A stretch of DNA of 64,000 nucleotides from an uncultured Candidatus Saccharibacteria bacterium (GTDB taxonomy: Bacteria > Patescibacteriota > Minisyncoccia > Phycocordibacterales > UBA9973). The stretch spans positions 1,693 to 65,692 of the forward strand of contig CAZHJZ010000002.1 of NCBI GenBank assembly GCA_964532495.1, written 5' to 3'. The notes beneath the pieces are model-generated. The model was not told the origin of the DNA. It saw nothing but the letters and a program-made list of their open reading frames with translations, and did no database searches. How positions within the stretch are numbered: position 1 is the stretch's first letter; each line of letters starts with the position of its first letter. Below are positions 47,012-56,056 of this stretch, piece after piece. The position numbers were made by a program, and so were the translations under genes.

Positions 47012-48214
47012 TTATTTATTATTACTCATATATTTCGCGACCATCAAAGCACTGATTGACGTTTTGGGGTGAAGCGGAGCTAAATGCCTGACATAATCCT
47101 TCCATTCAATATCACTGAGCGGGACTACCGAGAATTGCTGAGTTGAAAGAAGATTTTGAACAATTGTTTCTTGCGCGACAACTTCTTTGAATAATGGGAG
47201 CATCGATGATTCAGAAACAAGGGCAATTGTCTGAGGTAACGCAAACTGAGAGGCCAATCCTTCTAGTGCGAGACCCAAGCTTCTATTCCAGGCAGCAAGT
47301 ATAGGGTCTAGCAGCTTATTTGTCTTTACCGCCAGCCGTGCTTCAAGTCTGCCAGTTGCATAAAGCGATAGTCGTGCCCTGGCCTCTTCTAAGGTTAGTC
47401 CAGTTGCAGTGCTAAACATTCTAAGAACAGTGTTTGTACCCCAGGGAAATGAAGCTGTTTCCACATACGCATTGTCTTTTACCAAGACAATATCCGTCAT
47501 TTCTCCGCCAATGTTGATAAACAAAAAATGGTCATGCGAAATAAATAGATCGCGAGTAATATGCGCTCCTGCATAACCAAAGGTACGGAATGAAATATCT
47601 TTTCGGTGAAAGGAATTGCCGATTATAGTACGTATTTGATCAATGATAGTTTTAGGACTGATACTGTATACGAGCGAAACTGAAATTTCTTTTACTTTTT
47701 GTCCGTACGGCATAGCTACAGGGTAGCCATTCAAGCGGATTTGGGTAATTTCCCGCTCGATAAGCACTGCTTCATTATTTGAAGCACGATAACTGGATAG
47801 CTCTTCACGGTCAAAAAGATCTGTCTCTCTGCGAACCAGATCAGTGATTAGTTTTTCATTTATGAGAAATGGCACGTTCTTCATAACTCGAACTGTTCGA
47901 GCTTGCGCCGCATACCATGGAGATTCAAGGAAGCAGAGAATTTCATCTGGTGAGCCAATTTTCTCATTCACCATAATGAGCCCTACCTCTTGCAATGCTT
48001 TATTCATTGACCCTATAAGTACTGGAGTTGTTACTTCTACGGAAACAGGAAGTGCCACTGAAACAGCATGTTGTATTTCGGGAATGATTTTTCCTTCAAA
48101 TTCTTCTAAATATACGAAAGCTCCGATAACGCTCTCGCTTCCGATATGGAAAATGAGCGTTCGTTTGCTTTTAGGTGAAGAACGAAAGAGAGACATGCGT
48201 TTATTATACACCAC
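47012..48214 (-). CDS. actin-like ATPase (PilM/FtsA family)
   Basis: 400 aa; phosphate-1-like LIFHIGSESV and FINIGGEMTDIVLV (DxGxxxTD-type) motifs. Confidence 0.5.
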   Translation of the reverse strand: MVYNKRMSLFRSSPKSKRTLIFHIGSESVIGAFVYLEEFEGKIIPEIQHAVSVALPVSVEVTTPVLIGSMNKALQEVGLIMVNEKIGSPDEILCFLESPWYAAQARTVRVMKNVPFLINEKLITDLVRRETDLFDREELSSYRASNNEAVLIEREITQIRLNGYPVAMPYGQKVKEISVSLVYSISPKTIIDQIRTIIGNSFHRKDISFRTFGYAGAHITRDLFISHDHFLFINIGGEMTDIVLVKDNAYVETASFPWGTNTVLRMFSTATGLTLEEARARLSLYATGRLEARLAVKTNKLLDPILAAWNRSLGLALEGLASQFALPQTIALVSESSMLPLFKEVVAQETIVQNLLSTQQFSVVPLSDIEWKDYVRHLAPLHPKTSISALMVAKYMSNNK

Positions 48215-48246
48215 CGAGAACAGGTAACAAATGTATAACTAGCACA

Positions 48247-50004
48247 TTACTGAAGTACTGCCTTGATTCGTCGCACTCCTTGCGAGACAGCTTCTTCTTT
48301 TTGAATTTTAAAGCTGCCAAGTTCTCCTGTGTTAGAAACGTGCGGGCCGCCGCAGAATTCTTTCGAGAAATGAGAGCCATCTTTTTCTTGAATGAAATAG
48401 ACAGAAACTACATCAGGATACTTCGCTCCGAATTCCATTTCAGCGCCAAGTGCTTGAGCTTCTGAAAGCGGCATTTCTTTGCGCACAACATCAAGTTTTT
48501 CAGCTATTTTTTCATTGACTATTCTTTCTACTTCGGCTTTTTCTTCATCAGTCATCTTGCGGTCAAAAATAAAGTCCATGCGGAGGCGTTCTTCAGTGAT
48601 ATTTGAACCTCGTTGCTTGACTGAGGAGCCTAAGACCTGCTGTAAGGCAGCAAGCAGTAAATGATGCGCGGTATGCAGCTTCACTGTCTCTGGATTAGTA
48701 TTCGCAAGGCCTCCTTTGAATGTACCGGCACTTGAAGTTCGAGATTGATCCTGGTGTTCTTTGAGTTTTTGATCAAAAGCCTCACGGTCAATCACCGTGC
48801 CTCGTTCGCGAGCAAGTTCTTCGGTAAGTTCAATGGGGAATCCATACGTCGTAAAAAGAATGAACGGATCAGTTCCCTTTTCAAATTGGCGCAAACCATC
48901 CTTGAGCATTCCACGAAACTTCCTCTCTTCATCAAGTATTACGGCTACTGTTTCGCTTTCTTGTGCGGCAAGCTCAGGATATGCCCCTTTGTATTTGTTT
49001 ATAGTCATGGAGACCAAGCTTGCAAGCGCTTCTTCTGGCAATCCCAGCATATCTGCAAAACGAATAGCGCGTCTGAGCAATCGTCGGACGATATACCCAC
49101 GGTCTTTGTTTGAAGGATGCACGCCGTCTGTTATCAAGAAAACACTCGTGCGCACGTGGTCTGAGATTACACGAGCTGCTTTAAGATCTTCAGTTTTCTG
49201 ATTGCTTTTGATGTATTCCATTACATCAGCAAAAAGATCGGTGTCGTAAATATTGCTTTTGCCCTGCACGACAGTCGTTACGCGTTCAAGTCCAGCACCA
49301 GTATCCACATTGCGTGCTGGAAGCTCTCCTGCTACTTGGCCATTTTCTTGGCGGTACATCATGAAGACGTCGTTCCATATCTCCACAACCTGTTGGGCAT
49401 CTTCAGCTAGTTCAAATTCTTCCTGGCTCATGTCGCCAAGGGTACCAGTGAGATCATAGAACATTTCAGTTGAGGGTCCTGCTGGTGAATTTGGACCTGC
49501 GCTCCACCAATTTGATTTTGAGTTTTTGAAATATATGCGATGCTCTGGCATGCCGAGCTTTTTCCAAATTTCAACTGATTCAAGATCGCGCTCGACAGCA
49601 TCACTGCCGCCAAAAACAGTCACATAGAGGCGTGCTGGATCAAGCCCCAATCCTTCTTCTTTTGAAGTAAGGAACATCCAGCTCCACTCAATCGCATCTT
49701 GTTTAAAATAATCCCCAAGCGACCAGTTTCCGAGCATTTCAAAAAAAGTAAGGTGAGTTGCGTCTCCCACTTCATCTAGGTCTACTGTTCGTACGCATTT
49801 TTGTGAATCTGCGAGGCGAGTGCCGTCTGGGTGCTTTTCGCCCATAAGATACGGCATAAGCGGCTGCATTCCGGCAATATTAAAAAGTGTGGCGTTTGCG
49901 CCATTTCCAGTATCTTGAGTAACCAATGAGGCTGAAGGGATAACAACGTGCCCTCTGTTCTTGAAAAAGGTTAAAAATCGGCTCCGAATTTCGTGTGATT
50001 GCAT
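48247..50004 (-). CDS. alaS: alanine--tRNA ligase, short form lacking C-terminal DHHA1/oligomerisation domain
   Basis: 585 aa; catalytic core and editing-domain HxxxH (HTAHHLL) and ...GGPHV... motifs. Confidence 0.9.
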   Translation of the reverse strand: MQSHEIRSRFLTFFKNRGHVVIPSASLVTQDTGNGANATLFNIAGMQPLMPYLMGEKHPDGTRLADSQKCVRTVDLDEVGDATHLTFFEMLGNWSLGDYFKQDAIEWSWMFLTSKEEGLGLDPARLYVTVFGGSDAVERDLESVEIWKKLGMPEHRIYFKNSKSNWWSAGPNSPAGPSTEMFYDLTGTLGDMSQEEFELAEDAQQVVEIWNDVFMMYRQENGQVAGELPARNVDTGAGLERVTTVVQGKSNIYDTDLFADVMEYIKSNQKTEDLKAARVISDHVRTSVFLITDGVHPSNKDRGYIVRRLLRRAIRFADMLGLPEEALASLVSMTINKYKGAYPELAAQESETVAVILDEERKFRGMLKDGLRQFEKGTDPFILFTTYGFPIELTEELARERGTVIDREAFDQKLKEHQDQSRTSSAGTFKGGLANTNPETVKLHTAHHLLLAALQQVLGSSVKQRGSNITEERLRMDFIFDRKMTDEEKAEVERIVNEKIAEKLDVVRKEMPLSEAQALGAEMEFGAKYPDVVSVYFIQEKDGSHFSKEFCGGPHVSNTGELGSFKIQKEEAVSQGVRRIKAVLQ

Positions 50005-50025
50005 ACTTGTGAGTATAGCAAAAAA

Positions 50026-50532
50026 CTATTTTTTTGCATCCGTTTCGTATTCTGTCTGTTCTCCCCAGGAGATCGGGAGTTTTTTGATTTTTTGTTCAAC
50101 AAACCAAAGCACGACAAAAACGAATAGTGTAAGGAGTGTTGCGAGAAGTGCGAGATCAAATGCGCCATATCCGACAGCCATACCAATACCGGCTGAAACC
50201 CAAAGACTAGTCGCGGATGTAAGTCCTGAAAGATGGTCTTTATCGCGCCAAATCATGAGTCCAGTCCCCAAGAAGCCGATGCCAGAAACAATGGCAGCAG
50301 TAATTACACTTGGGTTATATGCGGGCAATCCAGAATATAACCCAACTGTGACATCAGAAATAATTACAAAGAGTGCCGCTCCCATCGACACAAGGGCATA
50401 TGTGCGCATACCGGCGGTTTTGTGTGCAATGATGCGTTCCACACCGAGAATCAAGCCGAATAGCATGGCAAGAAAGAGCTTGATCAAATATTCATTAAAA
50501 AAAGGACTGAAGGCGAAAATGTGGTGTTCCAT
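50026..50532 (-). CDS. MgtC/SapB-family membrane protein
   Basis: 168 aa; LGVERIIAHKTAGMRTYALV motif. Confidence 0.75.
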   Translation of the reverse strand: MEHHIFAFSPFFNEYLIKLFLAMLFGLILGVERIIAHKTAGMRTYALVSMGAALFVIISDVTVGLYSGLPAYNPSVITAAIVSGIGFLGTGLMIWRDKDHLSGLTSATSLWVSAGIGMAVGYGAFDLALLATLLTLFVFVVLWFVEQKIKKLPISWGEQTEYETDAKK

Positions 50533-50547
50533 ATGTGCCTTATTCTA

Positions 50548-51624
50548 TCACGCAATAATTCCACCACCAAGGCAGATGCCTTTTTTATAGAATACGAGAG
50601 ATTGGCCAGAAGAAGCCGTAACCTCAGGTTGTGAAAAAATAATAGTGGCAGAGTGCCCATCGATAGAAACAATCTCGCAATCAACAAGCGTCGCTCGGTA
50701 TCTTGACCTTGCTTGCAGCTTTTCACTCAACTGTACCTGCTGAATAAAGTTTGTTCGTTCTATTACGATCTCTTTTTTATCTTGAGCAAAAGACGATGTT
50801 GCAGGATTTTCAGAAACAGTAATGGTATTATGCTTAACGTCTTTTGAAACAACATATAGTACTTTTCCGATCACTTTTTTATCGGTAATAGTAAATCCAT
50901 GACGCTCTCCGAGTGTGAAAAACACCGAACCAGGATGAATACCTATCTCAGTTCCCTGTTCATTGAGCACGTTCCCTTCCACAGGCTTAATATATTCCTT
51001 CAGGAAATCTTTCATATCAACAGCTCCTAGCATGCAAATTCCCTGGCTGTCTTTTTTGACAGCCGTTGAAAGGTTATATTTTTCGGCGAGCTTTCGTACC
51101 TGCTTTTTCTCCAAATGCCCTACTGGAAATAGAATATGCTTGAGATCTTCAGGTGTAAGCGTCCATAGAAAATATGTCTGATCTTTTTCTGCGTCTTTTG
51201 AAACTGCGAGCAGATACTCGCCTTTTTTATTTTGGAGCACTTGTGCATAGTGCCCAGTCGCCACAAAGTCAGCACCCTGTGCGAGCGCCCATGTTTTAAA
51301 ACCTCCGAATTTGATCTCGCGGTTGCACATAACATCAGGATTTGGTGTTCGTCCAAGCTTGTATTCCTGGATCATGTAGTCAGCCACGTATTTTTTATAT
51401 TCATCACCAAGATCCAACTCTTTGAATGGAATATCAAGCTTGGCAGCAACGCGCATTGCATCGCGGCGCTCATCGCGCCATGTGCACTCGATAAAGTCCG
51501 GCTGCCAGGTACGTATAAAAACACCCACGACATTGTAGCCTTGGTCTTTCAAGAGTGCGGCCGAGACAGAGCTATCCACTCCGCCTGAGAGGCCGACGTA
51601 TACGGTTTGGTTTTTCTTAGTCAC
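50548..51624 (-). CDS. mnmA: tRNA-specific 2-thiouridylase
   Basis: 358 aa; GLSGGVDSSVSAALL PP-loop, catalytic Cys blocks. Confidence 0.9.
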   Translation of the reverse strand: MTKKNQTVYVGLSGGVDSSVSAALLKDQGYNVVGVFIRTWQPDFIECTWRDERRDAMRVAAKLDIPFKELDLGDEYKKYVADYMIQEYKLGRTPNPDVMCNREIKFGGFKTWALAQGADFVATGHYAQVLQNKKGEYLLAVSKDAEKDQTYFLWTLTPEDLKHILFPVGHLEKKQVRKLAEKYNLSTAVKKDSQGICMLGAVDMKDFLKEYIKPVEGNVLNEQGTEIGIHPGSVFFTLGERHGFTITDKKVIGKVLYVVSKDVKHNTITVSENPATSSFAQDKKEIVIERTNFIQQVQLSEKLQARSRYRATLVDCEIVSIDGHSATIIFSQPEVTASSGQSLVFYKKGICLGGGIIA

Positions 51625-51662
51625 TTCTACCTAGACATTACTAGAGATGTACGATTTTGCCA

Positions 51663-51698
51663 AATAAAAACCGCCCATGACTAATGCCAAGGGCGGTT
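51663..51698 (-). terminator. rho-independent terminator after orphan gene
   Basis: AACCGCCC-14nt-GGGCGGUU followed by UUUUUAUUU on minus strand. Confidence 0.55.
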
Positions 51699-51728
51699 GA
51701 AGGTTATACTTGTTGTGGTTTGTAATAT

Positions 51729-52601
51729 TTATTTTTTATAAACTAAAAACTCATGGTAGCAGTTTTCAGTTTGTTGAATGTTTGAGTTTCCTATCCAGAA
51801 TTGATTTATTTTCCATCTTCCGTTATGTACACGTAACTCAAGGTAAAACTTGTGTCCGTCTAAACTTTCAAACTCGTCTGAATAACAGCGGATATTCTTT
51901 CTTTTTGCTTTATATGGATCTAGAAATTCTTTTACAATTCCAAAATCCTGGTTCTTTTCTAAGAAAAATAAAACTCTGGAATTTAATAGCCCGTAAATAG
52001 TTTCTGTTTCTTTTTTTGCCGTTTCAAAAACCGTATTTTTAAATTCTTCAAGCGAGAGTGTCGGTTTTGGAAAATGCACGAGACAGGTACTAATATTTTT
52101 AGTATCGAAGACTATTAAACCTTGTGATGCAGGTAGCTGGGTTACTTTCAAAAACGGATATGGCGTAGCAACTTTAGCATCTAAATCAATAGTAAGTGTA
52201 ATTTCTACCGTTTTTTGTATTGATCTGCAAAGCGAATGGCAGTATTGAATTTCCGCTTCACTCATGGGAACCATAAGTAAATCAAGATTAAATGTATAGT
52301 TACGAAGTAAGTGTTCAGGATTTGAAATGATTATTTCACCCGAACTTGAATACTCAGTTCCATATACAGCTTTAATTTTCTGTGCAATGCCAGTTGCTTC
52401 TTCTTTCTGAAATACGATATGTACATAGTCTGCAAATTGTTTTTGCATTTCCAGTACACGAGGCATTTTTGCGCTCGGAAGTCCGCCATTAGGTAGTTCA
52501 AAGACTAACGGCTCTGAATTCTCACTGTTTTTAATAATTAGTAATTTGTTTGCGTCTCCATCATATGCTATGGAGAAATAAAGTGTGGCGTTTTTTGCCA
52601 T
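51729..52601 (-). CDS. hypothetical protein (AT-rich orphan with own promoter and terminator)
   Basis: 290 aa; no recognised domain; ~33% GC vs ~47% in neighbours. Confidence 0.4.
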   Translation of the reverse strand: MAKNATLYFSIAYDGDANKLLIIKNSENSEPLVFELPNGGLPSAKMPRVLEMQKQFADYVHIVFQKEEATGIAQKIKAVYGTEYSSSGEIIISNPEHLLRNYTFNLDLLMVPMSEAEIQYCHSLCRSIQKTVEITLTIDLDAKVATPYPFLKVTQLPASQGLIVFDTKNISTCLVHFPKPTLSLEEFKNTVFETAKKETETIYGLLNSRVLFFLEKNQDFGIVKEFLDPYKAKRKNIRCYSDEFESLDGHKFYLELRVHNGRWKINQFWIGNSNIQQTENCYHEFLVYKK

Positions 52602-52670
52602 AAGCGTTTGCCGTTTGGTATACCAGTCTGCTCATCTGGGGGTTGTAAAAGAATGAAAAAATATGCCTGT

Positions 52671-52700
52671 ATTATAGCATATTTTTGTGTATATTGTCAA
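52671..52700 (-). promoter_or_regulatory. strong sigma70-type promoter (TTGACA-18-TATAAT) for the 290-aa orphan gene
   Basis: consensus hexamers on minus strand, ~70 nt upstream of ATG. Confidence 0.5.
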
Positions 52701-52702
52701 TA

Positions 52703-53251
52703 TTACAGCTGCATCAGCTTTTTATACAGTTCCACTGTCGCCCGCACATCGGCAAGCGCCTCATGCTGCTTGTCCTGGACAATACCGAAGTGATTGCAGA
52801 GCGCGCGGAGTGAAAGATGGTCTACGTCCTCATTGTTTCTCAAGAGTGCATAAGCCATTGAAACGGTATCAAGACGATGATAATGCATCTTGTTTTCTAG
52901 GCCTGAATCCTTGAAAGCCTTATCCATGAACGCTGAGTCGAACGCGACATTGTGAGCAACCATGACTGCGCCTTCAGTTTTTTCATTAACAAGCTTCATC
53001 GCTTGAGTGCGGGTCAGGGCTTCAGTCCACTGACTCGGGTCATAATGGTTTATTTTGAGCGAAACTGGGTCTGCATCACTGATACGCTCGGGCTTTATTT
53101 TGTATTCAAATTCATGAAGGACTTCGTATGTTGAAGGATCGCTCGGATTGGTAATCCGCACGACAATGCCGGCCACTTCGATAATCTCGTGGCGCAAATA
53201 ATCCAATCCCGTGGTTTCGGTATCTATAAAGGCGAATACTTGCGGTTTCAT
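52703..53251 (-). CDS. DEDDh 3'-5' exonuclease (DnaQ-like), second copy
   Basis: 182 aa; FIDTETTGLD (Exo I), VAHNVAFD (Exo II), HEALAD (Exo III). Confidence 0.7.
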   Translation of the reverse strand: MKPQVFAFIDTETTGLDYLRHEIIEVAGIVVRITNPSDPSTYEVLHEFEYKIKPERISDADPVSLKINHYDPSQWTEALTRTQAMKLVNEKTEGAVMVAHNVAFDSAFMDKAFKDSGLENKMHYHRLDTVSMAYALLRNNEDVDHLSLRALCNHFGIVQDKQHEALADVRATVELYKKLMQL

Positions 53252-53257
53252 ATCGTA

Positions 53258-54250
53258 CTAGTGTATCAGATACTGCTGAATATTGCGCTTATGCTCTGCG
53301 AATGTCTTTGCATAGTGAGCTACGCCATTTTTATCATGCAAGTAAAATAGATAGTTTGACTTTGTCGGATGAAGTACGGCAGCTATAGAATCGCGGCTTG
53401 GGTTGCCAATCGCTGTCGGAGGCAAGCCAGCGCGCAAATATGTATTATATGGAGAATCAATCTTCAGATCTTCAGGTTCTACTGTGCTCTTATCCAAATA
53501 ATATAAGACTGGGGCATCCACTTGGAGCCGCATGTTGCTATTGAGTCTGTTAAGCATAATGCCTGCGATAATTGCGCGATCATTAGAACCCGCAGCTTCT
53601 TTTTCTACGAGAGAAGCGAGGGTAACCACTTGCTGTTCAGTCATATTACTCTTTGCAATATCAGGCCGCAGCGGAGCAACTTCCTTTTCATAGGTATCCT
53701 TCAATATTTGAATAATTTCGTCGGTATCAGCGGCAGGAGAAATAAAGTACGTGTCAGGATACAAATATCCTTCTTCGTTCTTTGTTTTCTCAAGGAAAAA
53801 TTCAGTATCAAAATATGGCAAATCTTTTACCAACCGTGCCGACATCTGCTTCCTCGTAATACCCTCGTAAAGGATGACGCGTACTGGATCGATATTAAAA
53901 TCTCCGGTCGCCAAGTACTCAGCTACTGTCCAAAATGATACTGGCCGATCAAAGTAATAATCACCGCTTTGCAGCTTTTTGTCATTGCCGAATATTTTCA
54001 CTGCGATTTTAAGCATGAAGCTTGAACGCACCAAATGCAGCACTTCTGCATTATCGGCAACATCCATCAACGTTTGACCATCGCGCACTTTCAAAAATGT
54101 TTTTGTCGGAAAGTCCGAAGGCGCGGAGGAAAGATAGAAGCCTAAGCCGATAACAACGCCAATAGCGAGCATTGCAAAAAGAGTCCCCCAGCGCGGACGC
54201 TTGGGGATCTTTTCCAGTTCGATTGGCATATGTTCCTGAAGTTCATCCAT
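53258..54250 (-). CDS. mltG: endolytic murein transglycosylase MltG (YceG-like)
   Basis: 330 aa; N-terminal TM; SPYNTYLRAGLPPTAIGNP signature. Confidence 0.8.
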   Translation of the reverse strand: MDELQEHMPIELEKIPKRPRWGTLFAMLAIGVVIGLGFYLSSAPSDFPTKTFLKVRDGQTLMDVADNAEVLHLVRSSFMLKIAVKIFGNDKKLQSGDYYFDRPVSFWTVAEYLATGDFNIDPVRVILYEGITRKQMSARLVKDLPYFDTEFFLEKTKNEEGYLYPDTYFISPAADTDEIIQILKDTYEKEVAPLRPDIAKSNMTEQQVVTLASLVEKEAAGSNDRAIIAGIMLNRLNSNMRLQVDAPVLYYLDKSTVEPEDLKIDSPYNTYLRAGLPPTAIGNPSRDSIAAVLHPTKSNYLFYLHDKNGVAHYAKTFAEHKRNIQQYLIH

Positions 54251-54253
54251 AAA

Positions 54254-55561
54254 TTAGAAAGGCAAATTCGATGGTGGTTTTGCGGTCTTTGAATCGATAC
54301 GCTTGAATGATGGTGATTCTGAAACCAAACCTGGGAAGTGAAAGATGGTTGCAAGTTCCTCAGTATTTAGTACGAACACATTCGGCGGATTGGATGGGAA
54401 GAAGAATGAGATCGGTTTTGGAAAGTTAAACGAAAGGAGCAGCGGCGGATAGAAGCATGTGCGGAGCTTATAGTACGTAAGCATACGGCCTTTCAATTTC
54501 TCCAACAACTTTCCTGTCGGATCGCTCCATGGGTAGTCGTATTGGGCTGAGTTTACACGCGCGAATTCATTTGACTCCGGGTCAGCATATTGACGCCAAA
54601 TCAAGCGCGAAGCACGGCGAGTATTGTTAAATGTATGAATATCCACAAGCCGTTTATCAGCCAAGATTACTTGTCGGATAAGCACATCGAACACTAACTT
54701 TGCTTGTTTTTCTTTGACACCTTTCACGGTATCTTTCAGATATTCAGGAACACGGGCATCGAACGATGCAGTAAATGATCCATCCGGCGTATCGTTCTTT
54801 TGCGTACGTTTATAAGGCGCAAGCAATCGTTCCAATTCCTCTTGAGATCCATCCATAAATCCTACCTTGTGGCCATGGTGCACATCGCTCACATATCCTT
54901 TTTCAGATTGTCGAACAATAATTTGCAGCCATACCTGCTCTCCTTTTTCGAGGCTGCCCAAAAATTCAATGACCGGCGTGATCGGATCAACCTTATCTTC
55001 TTCTTTCAATCCAGCCTTATCAAGACCATAGTCTTTGTATGTTTTGATCGGATAGGCGTCATGTTCTTTAAGTTTGAACTCGCAGCCCCAGAGATACCAG
55101 TTGCCATCATTTCTGTATCGAGGAATAGCAAGTGTATAGTCTTCTACTTCCGTTACTCGGACTTGAGGATATTGGGCGTAGAGCTGAGTCTCAACCATTT
55201 TCTTGAGACGTGATGGTACTCGTATGACAAATCGCACTTTACCGTCAATGCCGACAAGTTCGAGGGAATACCAAAAGTGAACGGCACCTTGCCAATAAAT
55301 TTCCCATACGCCTTTCATGCTCATATGGTAGAGAGCGTTCGTTAAGAAAAGTTCCATGGCGAGCGGTGTCTTCTGCATTTCTCGAGGAATAGTGACTTCG
55401 AGCATGCTCCATTCAATGCCACCGATAAATCGTTCGCTCACAAAGTGGTGCCACAGGAAAAAAGCTAACCACCCAAGAAGGAGCGGCGCCCAAATGATGG
55501 ACAATTTCCATATGATGGTGAAGATGACAGAAAGAACTGCAATAATGATGGAACCAATCAT
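54254..55561 (-). CDS. membrane protein, function unknown (two N-terminal TM helices + ~380-aa soluble domain)
   Basis: 435 aa, co-directional and tightly spaced with fibre-protein operon. Confidence 0.35.
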   Translation of the reverse strand: MIGSIIIAVLSVIFTIIWKLSIIWAPLLLGWLAFFLWHHFVSERFIGGIEWSMLEVTIPREMQKTPLAMELFLTNALYHMSMKGVWEIYWQGAVHFWYSLELVGIDGKVRFVIRVPSRLKKMVETQLYAQYPQVRVTEVEDYTLAIPRYRNDGNWYLWGCEFKLKEHDAYPIKTYKDYGLDKAGLKEEDKVDPITPVIEFLGSLEKGEQVWLQIIVRQSEKGYVSDVHHGHKVGFMDGSQEELERLLAPYKRTQKNDTPDGSFTASFDARVPEYLKDTVKGVKEKQAKLVFDVLIRQVILADKRLVDIHTFNNTRRASRLIWRQYADPESNEFARVNSAQYDYPWSDPTGKLLEKLKGRMLTYYKLRTCFYPPLLLSFNFPKPISFFFPSNPPNVFVLNTEELATIFHFPGLVSESPSFKRIDSKTAKPPSNLPF

Positions 55562-55573
55562 GGAGTAAGTATA

Positions 55574-56056
55574 CTATAAACCTGATTTGAAATGAACAGG
55601 AATGCTAATATATTTTTTCTGCAATCCAGGAAGCATGTTTTGTATTATGATAGTTCCCTCTTCGCTGAAGAACGAAACGGGAGGATTGAGTGTTGCTTCA
55701 AAATAGTACGGCTTTCCGTCGGCTATATTTGCTGCTGATACAGGAAGATCTACTTTTGAAATTATAAGACCATTCCCTGCAAGCAATGTCGCTGTGCCGA
55801 TGACTCCGTTTACAGGCTCCCAATCGCATCCATTGCCATATCCATATACTTTATAAGGAAAAGATACGGAAGCATCTTTCTTGGGAGCGTATAACGTTAA
55901 TCCACAATCAAGCTTTAGTATTTTTTTATAATTACCCAAGCCGAACGGATGCTGTTCGGTAAAATACCCCATGGCAAAAAGCGCTACCAAGATGCCAAGA
56001 AAAGTAAGAATGATAAACGGTATTATTCCTCTGTTTGTATTGTTTTTTATTTTCAT
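55574..56056 (-). CDS. small membrane-anchored protein (possible Ig-like extracytoplasmic domain)
   Basis: 160 aa; N-terminal TM; overlaps upstream fibre gene by 4 nt (translational coupling). Confidence 0.35.
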   Translation of the reverse strand: MKIKNNTNRGIIPFIILTFLGILVALFAMGYFTEQHPFGLGNYKKILKLDCGLTLYAPKKDASVSFPYKVYGYGNGCDWEPVNGVIGTATLLAGNGLIISKVDLPVSAANIADGKPYYFEATLNPPVSFFSEEGTIIIQNMLPGLQKKYISIPVHFKSGL

